In this document: positions 1 to 9,801 of the stretch, piece by piece | Layout of the letters: each line of letters starts with the position of its first letter | Numbering within the stretch: position 1 is the stretch's first letter | Origin: a bacterium | Lineage (GTDB): Bacteria > Bdellovibrionota_C > UBA2361 > CALJRW01 | NCBI GenBank assembly: GCA_031385045.1 | Contig: JANNBC010000015.1 | Coordinates: forward strand, 19,665-83,664 | Length of the DNA: 64,000 nucleotides | Direction: 5' to 3' | The notes under the pieces: model-generated | The model's input: the letters and a program-made list of their open reading frames with translations, nothing else | The model's database searches: none | What the model was told of the DNA's origin: nothing | Translations under genes and position numbers: made by a program

Positions 1-157
1 ACAGCTTTACTGGTACTATCTAAAGTCATCTAAAAAAATTCCTAATATCAGTGCTGACAACCCTAAATTCAAACTGGCAGTTAAGGTTTGGAAGAGATTA
101 CCAGTTTGGCTAGCAACTTTTATTGGTAATCGGATTAGTAAGTTTTTTCCGTAATAA

Positions 158-658
158 CTATTGAATATTACGAGAAAATTGATCAGAGGCCTCAACTGGA
201 GGGAGAGTCTCTTCTTCTAAAATATCTACCTGCTGACTTAAAACAAAATCAGAATCATTCGGATTCAACTTTTTTTTTAGATCAATCTCACGCAGCTCAA
301 TTGATTTTAGCGAACTAGTTGTCATTTCTAATTCTTCTAAGCGCTCTACTGGTGTAGGTAATTTTTCAAGAACAGTTTTAAGAGCAGAATCATAAGAGCG
401 AACAGTATGCGTTAAACCTTTATGCAGATCATAAAGACTTTCGTAAAGATCGCCAGCAATTTCTTTTTCTTTGATTAAGCTTTTCTTTCGTTCTTCTAGT
501 AATTGATCGCTAGAAGTATCCTTATGGCTCAAGCGAGAGATAATCATCCCCAGTAATAATCCAGAAAGTGTGGCTATGGCAAAGATTTCAAAAGGGTGGA
601 TAATCATAATGTGCTTGATAGAGGGGTAAACTAAGAATCCTAGCTTGATAAGACTCAA
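158..658 (-). CDS. hypothetical membrane-anchored coiled-coil protein
   Basis: ORF with one N-terminal hydrophobic segment, then a charged, heptad-like region. No recognisable motif. Confidence 0.35.
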   Translation of the reverse strand: MSLIKLGFLVYPSIKHIMIIHPFEIFAIATLSGLLLGMIISRLSHKDTSSDQLLEERKKSLIKEKEIAGDLYESLYDLHKGLTHTVRSYDSALKTVLEKLPTPVERLEELEMTTSSLKSIELREIDLKKKLNPNDSDFVLSQQVDILEEETLPPVEASDQFSRNIQ

Positions 659-770
659 GTGATCAATTTACGCAATTTGCCAAGCTTATTCAAGATTAAT
701 TTTCAAACCAACGCTTAATTGTGGATAAAAGTTAAGCTTATATTCCTTGAACTTTAGAACTTGAGGAAAA

Positions 771-3215
771 TTATTCCTCTAAGTTCCAATAATTAACTTC
801 CTCTTCTTCCGATTTTGATTCTACCTTAGTTCCAGGAAGATAATATTCCAAAACAGCACCAGGAGAATTTTCAGCAACAACTTGTGCCGTATGCTTATTC
901 ACCCAAAAAGACTCCAGTCCTGGAGGAGGAACGAAATCAGCAATTTTTGCTTTAGGATTATCTTGAGGATTAGCTTCAAAATTAACACTCTTTGCTTGTT
1001 CTAATTCCTGAGCTGTAATTCCATCTCGTGCTTCTAAAAAAGTTTTCATGAAATTTAACCAAATTGGCACTGCCGCCGATCCCCCAGTTTCTCTAGCTCC
1101 AATAATTCGCTTCACATCAAAACCAACCCATACTCCACAAGCAAACTCCGGAGTATAGCCAACAAACCAAGCATCCATATGCTGGTTGGATGTTCCAGTT
1201 TTTCCAGCAGCTGGGCGTTTCAATTCTTTCACTTTCCAACCAGTTCCACTTTCCACTACCCCACGCATCATGTTCGCCATAATAAAGGCAACTTTTTCAT
1301 CAATAACTTGGCGAAAGTTTAGATCAGGTTTTTCATCATGATCGTAAATTACATTCCCATCTCGATCGACAACTTTTTTAATAAAGACACTATCAAATAA
1401 ATATCCCCCAGCCGGAAAAACTCCATAAGCTCGAGTAATTTCTAATGGTGTAACTTCACTACTACCAAGTGATAAAGATAAGTTCTGTCCCATTGGACTA
1501 GTAATCCCCATTGATTTGGCATAACGAATTACTGGATCAACTCCAATCCGCGACATAATATCAGCAGAAACTAAGTTTCGCGATTTTTCCAAAGCAACAC
1601 GCAAGGTGATGGCGCCCATGTAAGTTTTATCAAAGTTAGCTGGCTGCCAAACTTGAGTACCTACTCGAAAAACTCGTGGCTCATCATAAACAATAGTTGA
1701 TGGCGTATACTTAAATCCATCTACTGCCGCTAAGTAAACAATTGGCTTAAAGGCCGAACCCGGCTGACGTAGGGCTTGAGTTGCGCGGTTAAAAACACTC
1801 TGCTCAAAATCATATCCGCCAACAGTTGCCAAGACATCACCATTATGTGGATTTAAAAATACTAACGCCGCTTCAACTTTAGGAGTCTGATCCATTTGTA
1901 AAGAATTATCTGGAATAGCAACTTTTTCAGCAGATGCTATGTCAGGTAACAACTTATCTAAGTTAGCAGTATTTTTTTGAGATACCTCAATAACATCTCC
2001 AACTCGCAAATGCTTATTAAGTACTACCCATTGAGACCTGTCTTGCGCATTAAGTAATTTTTTTGCCCAAGCACTATCCTTTAAGCTGATTGTTCCCGTA
2101 AAATGTCCCAAATCAACTCTTACTGTTTCACCTTCAATTTTCTTAATTAAAGCTGGATAAAGTTTATCAGGTAAAATTGACTGAGCAAATTTATCACTAT
2201 ACTTAGCTTTAAACTTTTCATCTTCTGTTCCCAGATCAAAACGATCTATTGGCCCCATCCATCCACGACGCTTATCAACCTCTCGCAGTCCATTACGAAC
2301 AGCAGTTCTAGCATAATCTTGAGCTTGTAAATTAACTGCTGTGTAAACTTTTAAACCATCTCGTTTTAGATCATAGGTTGGCCACTTCTCTTGAAAAACT
2401 CGTAAGACTTCTGTTACATAATAATTTGCCCGACGAATCTTCCCGGCACGATTTAATTTTACTTCAATTGGAAAATTGATCGCCTCTTGATATTCGCTTT
2501 CATTAATAAACTTATGCTTTAACATTTGCTCTAAAACATATGTCTGGCGTTGTTTTGCTAAATCAAAATTACTAACTGGTGAGTAACGTGAAGGAGCTTG
2601 CGGAAGTCCAGCTAAAATTGCCGCTTCGGCGACATGCAAATCCTTAGCAGGCTTTTGGAAATATACTTGAGACGCCGCTTCCAAACCATAAGCAGTGTTG
2701 CCAAAGAAAATCTGGTTTAAATATAATTCTAGAATTTGATTTTTAGTAAGACTATTTTCAATCTCAAAAGCTAAGATTGCTTCCTTAACTTTTCTTTCTA
2801 ATTTCTTTTCATTTGATAATAAAAGGTTCTTAACTACCTGCTGAGTAATTGTAGATCCCCCCTGCTTGACTGAACCTTCTTGAATATTCTTAATCATTGC
2901 TCGCAGAATACTCATCAAATCAATTCCCGGATGAGTATAGAAAGCAGCATCTTCGGCAGCTAAGAAAGCATTAATTACATTCTTTGGTACATCTTCAATG
3001 TGAACTGGATAACGACGATCCTCATACTCTTCGGCGATTAACTCACCATTAGAATCATAAATCATGGAGGCAGCATCTGGCTGATAGCTATTTAGGCCAT
3101 CAAATTTTGGCAGGTCACGAGAGTAATAGTTATAGCCCCAATACGCGACACCTACTCCCAGCAAGGCTCCACCAAAAATAACAACGAATAAGAAGATCAA
3201 TAATTTTTTTAACAT
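771..3215 (-). CDS. mrcA: class A penicillin-binding protein 1A (bifunctional transglycosylase/transpeptidase)
   Basis: 814 aa. N-terminal TM anchor. GT51 motif EDAAFYTHPGID. Transpeptidase motifs SAFKP (SxxK), SRN and KTGT. Confidence 0.9.
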   Translation of the reverse strand: MLKKLLIFLFVVIFGGALLGVGVAYWGYNYYSRDLPKFDGLNSYQPDAASMIYDSNGELIAEEYEDRRYPVHIEDVPKNVINAFLAAEDAAFYTHPGIDLMSILRAMIKNIQEGSVKQGGSTITQQVVKNLLLSNEKKLERKVKEAILAFEIENSLTKNQILELYLNQIFFGNTAYGLEAASQVYFQKPAKDLHVAEAAILAGLPQAPSRYSPVSNFDLAKQRQTYVLEQMLKHKFINESEYQEAINFPIEVKLNRAGKIRRANYYVTEVLRVFQEKWPTYDLKRDGLKVYTAVNLQAQDYARTAVRNGLREVDKRRGWMGPIDRFDLGTEDEKFKAKYSDKFAQSILPDKLYPALIKKIEGETVRVDLGHFTGTISLKDSAWAKKLLNAQDRSQWVVLNKHLRVGDVIEVSQKNTANLDKLLPDIASAEKVAIPDNSLQMDQTPKVEAALVFLNPHNGDVLATVGGYDFEQSVFNRATQALRQPGSAFKPIVYLAAVDGFKYTPSTIVYDEPRVFRVGTQVWQPANFDKTYMGAITLRVALEKSRNLVSADIMSRIGVDPVIRYAKSMGITSPMGQNLSLSLGSSEVTPLEITRAYGVFPAGGYLFDSVFIKKVVDRDGNVIYDHDEKPDLNFRQVIDEKVAFIMANMMRGVVESGTGWKVKELKRPAAGKTGTSNQHMDAWFVGYTPEFACGVWVGFDVKRIIGARETGGSAAVPIWLNFMKTFLEARDGITAQELEQAKSVNFEANPQDNPKAKIADFVPPPGLESFWVNKHTAQVVAENSPGAVLEYYLPGTKVESKSEEEEVNYWNLEE

Positions 3216-3272
3216 TGTGGCTAATTTTTTCTAATAATTTTTAGATTCGAAGTCCGCTAAAAAACGAGACAG

Positions 3273-4820
3273 TTACGAATTCTTTCTGCGATAACTAATA
3301 CTGAGCAACAGAATCAACAAAATTTCTGGAATAATCAGTGCTAATAAAAAGACTTTCTGATAATCAGATTTTCCGATTGGCATCATGCTAGTTGATTCTA
3401 AAAATCTGGAACTAATCTTTAAATCTTCTTGCTCGCCTACTAACCAGTTAACTGTTCTGATAAACAGCTCTTTATTAGCATAAATATCAAGATTTGCATT
3501 AACTAGCCACTCTAAGTCAGAAAATACTACTATCCGTTGATCTTTAGAGTTAGCATCTTTGCTGACTTCGCCTTCGTAGGCCATGGCCAGCGTCACTGGT
3601 CCCAAATAATCCTTTTTAGGATCAAACACTGCTTTTGGTTCTTCGGAGTTTAAAATCTCTAAGTCAGTTTCTCCCCAAGCAGCATTTGATGTTTTTAGTA
3701 ATGGAGTAACTTTACCCTTGGCATGATCAATTTCGCTTAAAATTGAGGCAATTAAAAAAATAGCTGCCTTACGATCTTTTAGTTGCTGAGTAACTGGATG
3801 CTCAGCGAAGTCATTAACTATAACCTGCCAACCAACCTCTGGGCCATCATGCAATAATCTTTGCTGATCAATTGCCACTGCTCTTTCAATTTTAATTCCA
3901 TAGTTAGAAATTAAAGAATTAAAATCAATTTTGTTTTCGGGATCATCAAGCGCTAATAAATTCCCACCAGCTGACAAGTAATCTTGTAGCATTTCAATTT
4001 CATTTGGCAGGTAATCTTTTGTGCCTGAGGCTAAGATTACCAAGCGCGCATCCGTTGGAATTTGCTTACCACTTCCTAAAATTAAACCATGGAGTTCATA
4101 GTTCTGACCTTGCAGTGCTTGCATCATCTCACTTAGTCCAGCCTCATCTTCTAATTCCGGACTTGGCTCCCCATGACCAAAAGCATAATAAACTTTACCT
4201 TTGGCACCAGCCACTAAACGATAAATGGATTTACTAATCTCAACCTCAGTAAATGTTTTAGTTTTACCAACAAGCGCCTCTTTTCCTTCTCCGTATTCAA
4301 AGTAAAGAAAACTAGCTTCTTCCGGATTTAGATAACTACGTAACTGCTTAGCTTTTCTAGGGTCAACGATCTGATACTTGATTAATGGACTAGCTTTAGC
4401 ATAAAGCCCTAACAAGCGATCCGCTTCTTGCCGTGTAGTTGGATTAAAGTCATCCATGAAAAACAGCGTAAGCGGTTTCTTAAGCTTAGCCAATAATTCT
4501 GTTGATTCACTGGCCAATGAATAAACTTTTTGTTGAGATAAATCCCAAGTATACTTTTGCTTATTTAACCAAGACTGCCAAAGTGAAAGTCCAACAAGAA
4601 TTACTATTCCTAAAACCAAGTTAATTAAGATTCGAGTTAATTTGGATTTCTCTTTTTTAAAGTTAAGTAAAACTTTAACTGTTGCAACTAAAAATAGAAT
4701 TCCCGCACTAGCAAAGTGCATCAAGACAATGCTCGCCGAAAAAGACTCCTTCGCTAAGCCAGTTAAAAAACCAAACAACGAAATCACCAATGCTAGTAAG
4801 AAATAATAGTTCTGGTTCAT
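3273..4820 (-). CDS. ABC-transporter auxiliary component, GldG-like
   Basis: 515 aa with N- and C-terminal TM segments flanking a large periplasmic domain. Stop/start overlap with the upstream ABC-2 permease and ATPase genes, the usual GldA/F/G arrangement. Confidence 0.5.
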   Translation of the reverse strand: MNQNYYFLLALVISLFGFLTGLAKESFSASIVLMHFASAGILFLVATVKVLLNFKKEKSKLTRILINLVLGIVILVGLSLWQSWLNKQKYTWDLSQQKVYSLASESTELLAKLKKPLTLFFMDDFNPTTRQEADRLLGLYAKASPLIKYQIVDPRKAKQLRSYLNPEEASFLYFEYGEGKEALVGKTKTFTEVEISKSIYRLVAGAKGKVYYAFGHGEPSPELEDEAGLSEMMQALQGQNYELHGLILGSGKQIPTDARLVILASGTKDYLPNEIEMLQDYLSAGGNLLALDDPENKIDFNSLISNYGIKIERAVAIDQQRLLHDGPEVGWQVIVNDFAEHPVTQQLKDRKAAIFLIASILSEIDHAKGKVTPLLKTSNAAWGETDLEILNSEEPKAVFDPKKDYLGPVTLAMAYEGEVSKDANSKDQRIVVFSDLEWLVNANLDIYANKELFIRTVNWLVGEQEDLKISSRFLESTSMMPIGKSDYQKVFLLALIIPEILLILLLSISYRRKNS

Positions 4821-5590
4821 CGGGTATGTCGGTAAAAACTAATTAATTGTTTGAAAATTACTAAGCAGACGATAATCAATAAAAAATGAAAACTTAAACT
4901 TTCCAAGCTTAACTCGCCACGAATCAAAGACTTTGCCTGACTAAGCGGAGACCAAAGATTAATAAATTGTGCTAAACCAACGCTGACCTTCCCAAGCACT
5001 AGCTGTAGACTAAAAGCTAAGCTAATAAAAATAAAACTTAAGAATCCGGCCGTTAGCGGATTATTACAAACAAAGCTTAAAGCCAGACAACCAGCAACCA
5101 ATAAACTACAATTTAAAAGTAGTGCTAATAAGCCAGTAAAGATAATTGGCACTTCCACATTAGCAAATAGTAATAAGCTAAAGGGTAAGACTCCTGCAAC
5201 TAACTGCATAATAAAAACTGGCAACAAAGTTCCCAAGTATTTCCCCTTGGCTAACTGCCAATCGCTTAAGGGATAATTTAAAAGCAAGTCCCAAGTGCCT
5301 TGTTTTTTTTCTTCTACGACAGAACGAATAATAATTAATGGGATTAAAATAATATTAAAAACCATTAAGGTCATGTAGTAGTTCTCAACAACCCACTGAT
5401 TCAAATTGATCTTCTCCATTCCAAGATAAGAGCCGGCAGAAGCTTTTTGAATAGCAAGATTAAAATTTCCTAAATAGTTTAGGAAAAAATACTCCGCTAA
5501 TAATAAAAAGCCAGTAAAGATAACCGCTGCTTGAGGAGTCAGAAAAAATGTCCGTAAATCTTTTTTAGCAATCTGCACTACTTCACACAT
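4817..5590 (-). CDS. ABC-2 family permease (GldF-like)
   Basis: 257 aa polytopic membrane protein. Translationally coupled between the ATPase and the auxiliary component. Confidence 0.55.
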   Translation of the reverse strand: MCEVVQIAKKDLRTFFLTPQAAVIFTGFLLLAEYFFLNYLGNFNLAIQKASAGSYLGMEKINLNQWVVENYYMTLMVFNIILIPLIIIRSVVEEKKQGTWDLLLNYPLSDWQLAKGKYLGTLLPVFIMQLVAGVLPFSLLLFANVEVPIIFTGLLALLLNCSLLVAGCLALSFVCNNPLTAGFLSFIFISLAFSLQLVLGKVSVGLAQFINLWSPLSQAKSLIRGELSLESLSFHFLLIIVCLVIFKQLISFYRHTR

Positions 5591-5592
5591 GA

Positions 5593-6294
5593 TTAGATTG
5601 TTTGTTGATAAAGTGTTTCCAGATCGATTCTCTTGCCAGCTTCTTTTGGTAAGACTTGATCAAATATTTTATGTCCCTTACTAATTCCAATCACCCTAGA
5701 ACAAAGCAACTCAACTTCTCTTAATTGATGAGAACAAAGAATGATAATCATCTTTGGAGCTTCAGCTGTTAGGAGATCAATTAACTCTTTAATTTGGACA
5801 GGATCTAATCCAGTGTTCGGCTCATCCAAAAGTAGTAGTTCTGGACTACGCATCAGGGCTTGTGCCAGCATCAATCTTTGCTGGTAGCCTTTAGATAAAT
5901 TAGCACAAAGTTTTTTAGCAACCGCTGCTAATTGAAATTTCTCGATTGCTTGCTCTAGCTTAACCTTAGCTTCAGCTTTACTGCTTCCCGCTAAACGAAA
6001 CATAAAGTTCAAATACTCAGTAACATTTAGCTCTGGATAAACCGCGGATTTTTCTGGCACATAGGCAAGCTTCCGTCGAAACTCTAGAGAGTTAGTTGCA
6101 ATCGTTTCCCCTTGCCACTTAACAACTCCAACGGTTGGAGTTAAAATTCCTGCTAAGATTTTTAAAGTAGTACTCTTCCCCGAACCATTAGGCCCCAGCA
6201 AACCAATAATCTCCCCACGCTCGGCTTGCAGGCTTAATCCCTGAAGTGCCTGGTAATCGGCATATTGTTTGGACATATTTTGAATTTCTAGCAT
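5593..6294 (-). CDS. ABC transporter ATP-binding protein
   Basis: Walker A GPNGSGKST, ABC signature LSKGYQQRL, Walker B LLLDEP, H-loop. Confidence 0.85.
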   Translation of the reverse strand: MLEIQNMSKQYADYQALQGLSLQAERGEIIGLLGPNGSGKSTTLKILAGILTPTVGVVKWQGETIATNSLEFRRKLAYVPEKSAVYPELNVTEYLNFMFRLAGSSKAEAKVKLEQAIEKFQLAAVAKKLCANLSKGYQQRLMLAQALMRSPELLLLDEPNTGLDPVQIKELIDLLTAEAPKMIIILCSHQLREVELLCSRVIGISKGHKIFDQVLPKEAGKRIDLETLYQQTI

Positions 6295-6639
6295 CGGAGG
6301 GAGAATAACTAGATTTCACCAAGAGGTAAAGCTTTTCTAAGACTCTTTACTTGGGCAAATAGAAGTTATGTGATTAATAATTATAAATAAGCCGAGGATC
6401 TTGTGAATAAGTAGATCTTAATTCTTGGTCTAGCAAAAATTATTGTCATCAGAGGATCGTCTAGGCTCCATTAACAGCTTATTTTTAAGAAGTGTTCTCT
6501 TTGAATATGTCATGAATTAGACGGATCACACTCTTCTCCACTCTTGCCTTTTACTGTTTTTGCGGAAGAAGCCCCTTCATCAAATTAAGTTATAATAGTG
6601 TTATCAAAATGGTCAGAACCAAAAATTATAATTTTAATT

Positions 6640-6915
6640 TTATCGAAATAAGTCGGCATGCGTCCCAGTCCTAACCAAAATTAATTCTTTATCTTCATTA
6701 ATTAAATAAATCATTAACCAACCTGGTTCAATATGACATTCACTAAAGCCATTCCAATTCCCAGAGAGTCGATGAGGGCGATTCTTAGTTGGAAGTTGTT
6801 TATCTTGCTGAAGAATCTTTACAACCGACCAAAATAAATTTAAATCCTTTCCTCGCTTCTTTGCCTTACGTAAATCCTTGCGACAATTATTTTCAAGGAT
6901 TAAACTTAGCATCAA
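6640..6915 (-). CDS. yafQ: type II toxin YafQ (RelE/ParE superfamily mRNA interferase)
   Basis: 91 aa. Close match to the E. coli YafQ pattern ...HxLxGxWxGxxExHIEPxWLxIY...RTGTHAxLF. Overlaps the upstream antitoxin by 4 nt. Confidence 0.85.
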   Translation of the reverse strand: MMLSLILENNCRKDLRKAKKRGKDLNLFWSVVKILQQDKQLPTKNRPHRLSGNWNGFSECHIEPGWLMIYLINEDKELILVRTGTHADLFR

Positions 6916-7169
6916 TCAAACTCAGCCTTTAACTCATCAAGTGATTTATACCTTTTGAGATTCTTCCCCTTTAAGCTATTACGCATTGCCTTTTCAGTTT
7001 TTAGATTTGGCTTTTTCACATCAAAAGGCAAACCTTCATGTAAGATTACTTGGTGAAGAAATAAATTGATGGCCTCAGAAAGACTAAGGCCAAGCTCCTT
7101 TAACACTGAGCCAGCATTCTTTTTTACCTTTGGTTCAACTCTTGTAGTAATCATCATTGTCTTGCTCAT
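6912..7169 (-). CDS. dinJ: antitoxin DinJ (RelB/DinJ family)
   Basis: MSKTMMITTRVEPKVKKNAGSVLKELGLSLSEAINLF...LPFD is a DinJ-like ribbon-helix-helix N-terminus. The ORF-track start at 7226 is probably an over-extension, so I chose the internal Met. Confidence 0.8.
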   Translation of the reverse strand: MSKTMMITTRVEPKVKKNAGSVLKELGLSLSEAINLFLHQVILHEGLPFDVKKPNLKTEKAMRNSLKGKNLKRYKSLDELKAEFD

Positions 7170-7284
7170 ATCTGTCTCCTTGTAATATAACAATTGTATA
7201 TCAAATGTAATACAATTGCAATACAAGGCGTGACTTACTATCCCAACTCTTAACAGTTATAACTATCTGAATCTACTTATAATG

Positions 7285-9801
7285 TTACCTATCTATTGTC
7301 TTATCAACTCGTAGAGCCCCTTGGTAAATCCCCTGATTTCGAAAGTTCAGTTTGATCTGCCTTTTTCCAAGAAGACTAAGTAGCGGAAGTTCCATGCTGG
7401 CATAAACATCAAAAGTTCTACCATCAAAATTAATATCCATTTTAAAGCAATTAGGATCTAGCGGTTCACAGTTAATTTTTGCTCCACCATAAGCTGCTTT
7501 TAAAGCTTCATACCCTTTACTAATTGCAAGTGGTTGATCCCAATTAAAATCTTCTTCTCCCTGCCCTTGAAATCCAACAAATTTAATTTCACAATTTATA
7601 TCTGGATCCTGACAAGCACTGGGAATTTGATCTTTCGTAAGTTGCCCAAGCTTTTCTGGAACTTCCAAATCCCCAACCACTGCATCTTTTTGTGGTAGAT
7701 ACCCATAACAACTAATCCCAGGTTTTTGATCAACATATTGATACCCAGCAAGAGCTCTCTCCACATCTAAATAATCTAACTCTGAAAGTCCCAACACCCG
7801 CTCTGCCTCATTTCCAACACTCTCCTTCCAATTACACCCAGTCTCCAATTCAGAGTGTGCCCCAACTAACAAAGAACTACTTAAAGAACGTGGGATATTT
7901 TCTGCTTGTGACTTATTAAAATCAAAGTTTTTATTTTGAACTTGAAAGGCAGGACAATTAACAGCAAGATTATCTAATTTAAACTTACTTGGCTTAATGC
8001 CCTTAGTCTCAATTTGGCTTCCTACACTAACTACCCCCTTGTTCCAACTAACCTTCTGATATTTTCGAACTGACTCCGGAAGATCCGTAACCTTTGGACT
8101 AGGACTATCAGTACAACTCTGTTGTTCATAACTTAAGCTAACAGCTGGCAAAACAATATTTTTCTCCGAATATACTTGTTTAAAATTAGCTACCTTTAGT
8201 GGATCATTTACAGCACAAACTTTTTCCGCTTCAGCGAAGGAGGTGGTATTGGGATTGGATTTAACACCAAAGTTTATTCCACAAGATTTTGTAATTGGAT
8301 TAGATCCAGCACAAGATTTTGTTTGATTAATAGAGACAAAACAATCTGGGCAATTTGGTGGAAGTGTATTTGAGCTCACACATCCAGAGGCTCGTGTTTC
8401 AAAATAGTTTTCTAAAGTTACTCTACTTAAAATATTCCTAGGAACACTCTGCCCCCCAACCTCCAAATACTGACAAGTTTTAAGAGGATTAGCGCTCGTC
8501 CCCTGAATTAAAATATTAGAATCCTCACAATAATGCTCCTCATGAACCTGCTGATGTTGTCCATAAAATAAACGTAATTTATTCCCCTGCCATCCTGTCC
8601 GCGTTGCCTCTTCATTCGTCCTTTGTAAATAAAACTCTAACGTATAAGTCTCTCCAGCTTGTAAAATAATATTCTGATAAAGCTCAAATTCTTGATAATT
8701 ATTAAAGCTAGAAACATTAGCAGTTGGTGCACCCCGAGGAACAAAATTTGCCTCCACTATATTATTAGAATCATAAGTGAAAATCCTTCCCCCTAAATTA
8801 AATTGTTTAAAGTTTGTAACCTGTCCATTAATATTTAAACCTCTACCTTTTAGATTAATTTTAACCTTCCCCCTAGATCCTTGAGCTAAAGAATCAACAG
8901 GAAATTTTCCAGTAATAAACAAAACTGTAGGAACCTGCGTTACACTACATTCATGATTAAAGTTTACTTGCTGAATGTCAGTTGCTGAATCAATGTTACG
9001 CGATTTAAAGCAAGGTAAATTACCTAAACTAGGAACAGTAAAAGTACTCTGACCAATAAACTTATTATAAGGAGCACCGTCTTGAGTAAGATTTTTAACC
9101 GTTCCAATGACATTACTAAGATCAATAATCTCTCTTGGGTAACTAGCCTCCAAAGACTTACGATAAAGAAACCGAGGACTTAATGTAGATTTCGAATCAC
9201 TGCCTGTCTCGATATAAGGCAAACTAGCCGTCTTTAAATAATAATCTAAATTAACTTTAAGCCTGTCTTTTTTCTCAGTAACTAAATACTCAACATCCTT
9301 TCTGTAATAGCTAACTCTATCCAGTACCTGTGCAATTGGATTATCAAATTGATATTTTGTACCAAGCAATTTCTCAGTCGATAGCGAATATAAATATTCT
9401 GGAAGTGGCCAGCGAGTTGTAGCTTTTTGCATTTTAACTTCATAAAGTGGCACAGAGGTTAAATTAGCGGTTTGAATACAATCAGCCTCAAGTGGAGTTA
9501 AGCAACGCAAGGTTCTCTTAACACTTTCTTGCAAAGAAGTTTTAACCCTTAGAACATTTCCGACATCCAAGAGTAGTAACAAAAGTGGTAATCCAATCAT
9601 GGCTACCACTGCATATTCTAAAATCACTAAGCCATGGCTTTCAGATATAAGCTTAGTTAATAACTCAGTAATTTGTTTATTTAAGGTAATTTTTGGAAAC
9701 ATAATCTCTAAGTTATCGTTTCCTAGCTTAAAAAGTTTCCCTTGAAAGCAAAGTTTTTGATTGAACCTCAAAATAGGGAAAGGTATTATAGTATCGTGCA
9801 A
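7285..9801 (-). CDS. very large TadE-like (pseudopilin N-terminus) Cys-rich secreted protein
   Basis: N-terminal ...GLVILEYAVVAMIGLPLLLLLL matches the TadE/Flp-type class III signal (G/xxxxEY then hydrophobic stretch). It is followed by ~780 aa rich in Cys with no catalytic motif. The true start is probably the internal Met near 9702, which removes the overlap with the divergent gene. Confidence 0.55.
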   Translation of the reverse strand: MHDTIIPFPILRFNQKLCFQGKLFKLGNDNLEIMFPKITLNKQITELLTKLISESHGLVILEYAVVAMIGLPLLLLLLDVGNVLRVKTSLQESVKRTLRCLTPLEADCIQTANLTSVPLYEVKMQKATTRWPLPEYLYSLSTEKLLGTKYQFDNPIAQVLDRVSYYRKDVEYLVTEKKDRLKVNLDYYLKTASLPYIETGSDSKSTLSPRFLYRKSLEASYPREIIDLSNVIGTVKNLTQDGAPYNKFIGQSTFTVPSLGNLPCFKSRNIDSATDIQQVNFNHECSVTQVPTVLFITGKFPVDSLAQGSRGKVKINLKGRGLNINGQVTNFKQFNLGGRIFTYDSNNIVEANFVPRGAPTANVSSFNNYQEFELYQNIILQAGETYTLEFYLQRTNEEATRTGWQGNKLRLFYGQHQQVHEEHYCEDSNILIQGTSANPLKTCQYLEVGGQSVPRNILSRVTLENYFETRASGCVSSNTLPPNCPDCFVSINQTKSCAGSNPITKSCGINFGVKSNPNTTSFAEAEKVCAVNDPLKVANFKQVYSEKNIVLPAVSLSYEQQSCTDSPSPKVTDLPESVRKYQKVSWNKGVVSVGSQIETKGIKPSKFKLDNLAVNCPAFQVQNKNFDFNKSQAENIPRSLSSSLLVGAHSELETGCNWKESVGNEAERVLGLSELDYLDVERALAGYQYVDQKPGISCYGYLPQKDAVVGDLEVPEKLGQLTKDQIPSACQDPDINCEIKFVGFQGQGEEDFNWDQPLAISKGYEALKAAYGGAKINCEPLDPNCFKMDINFDGRTFDVYASMELPLLSLLGKRQIKLNFRNQGIYQGALRVDKTIDR

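Noticed and set aside
4004-4237. Short antisense or overlapping ORFs in the six-frame track (for example 4004..4237, 14461..14730, 17777..17977, 18021..18427, 19183..19490, 20618..20818, 21691..21912, 22552..22776, 25223..25683, 26707..26982, 34065..34247, 42473..42664, 44480..44695, 47300..47542, 47668..48309, 49563..49775, 51706..52378, 53367..53555, 55358..55543, 55868..56107, 61693..61911, 62939..63217)
   Set aside because: Each lies inside or antisense to a longer ORF with clear protein-family motifs. They have no motifs of their own and no independent translation signals, so they are most likely frame-shadow artefacts.
6295-6639. 345-bp noncoding gap between the ABC operon start and the yafQ 3' end, as a possible ncRNA
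   Set aside because: No conserved structure or recognisable RNA-family signature was seen by eye. Most simply it is the promoter/leader of the ABC operon plus the TA-module terminator region.
9742-9801. 60-bp divergent overlap between the TadE-like gene and the metalloprotease gene
   Set aside because: Probably an artefact of taking the longest ORF. The internal Met at ~9702 places the TadE-like signal at the proper distance from the start and removes the overlap.
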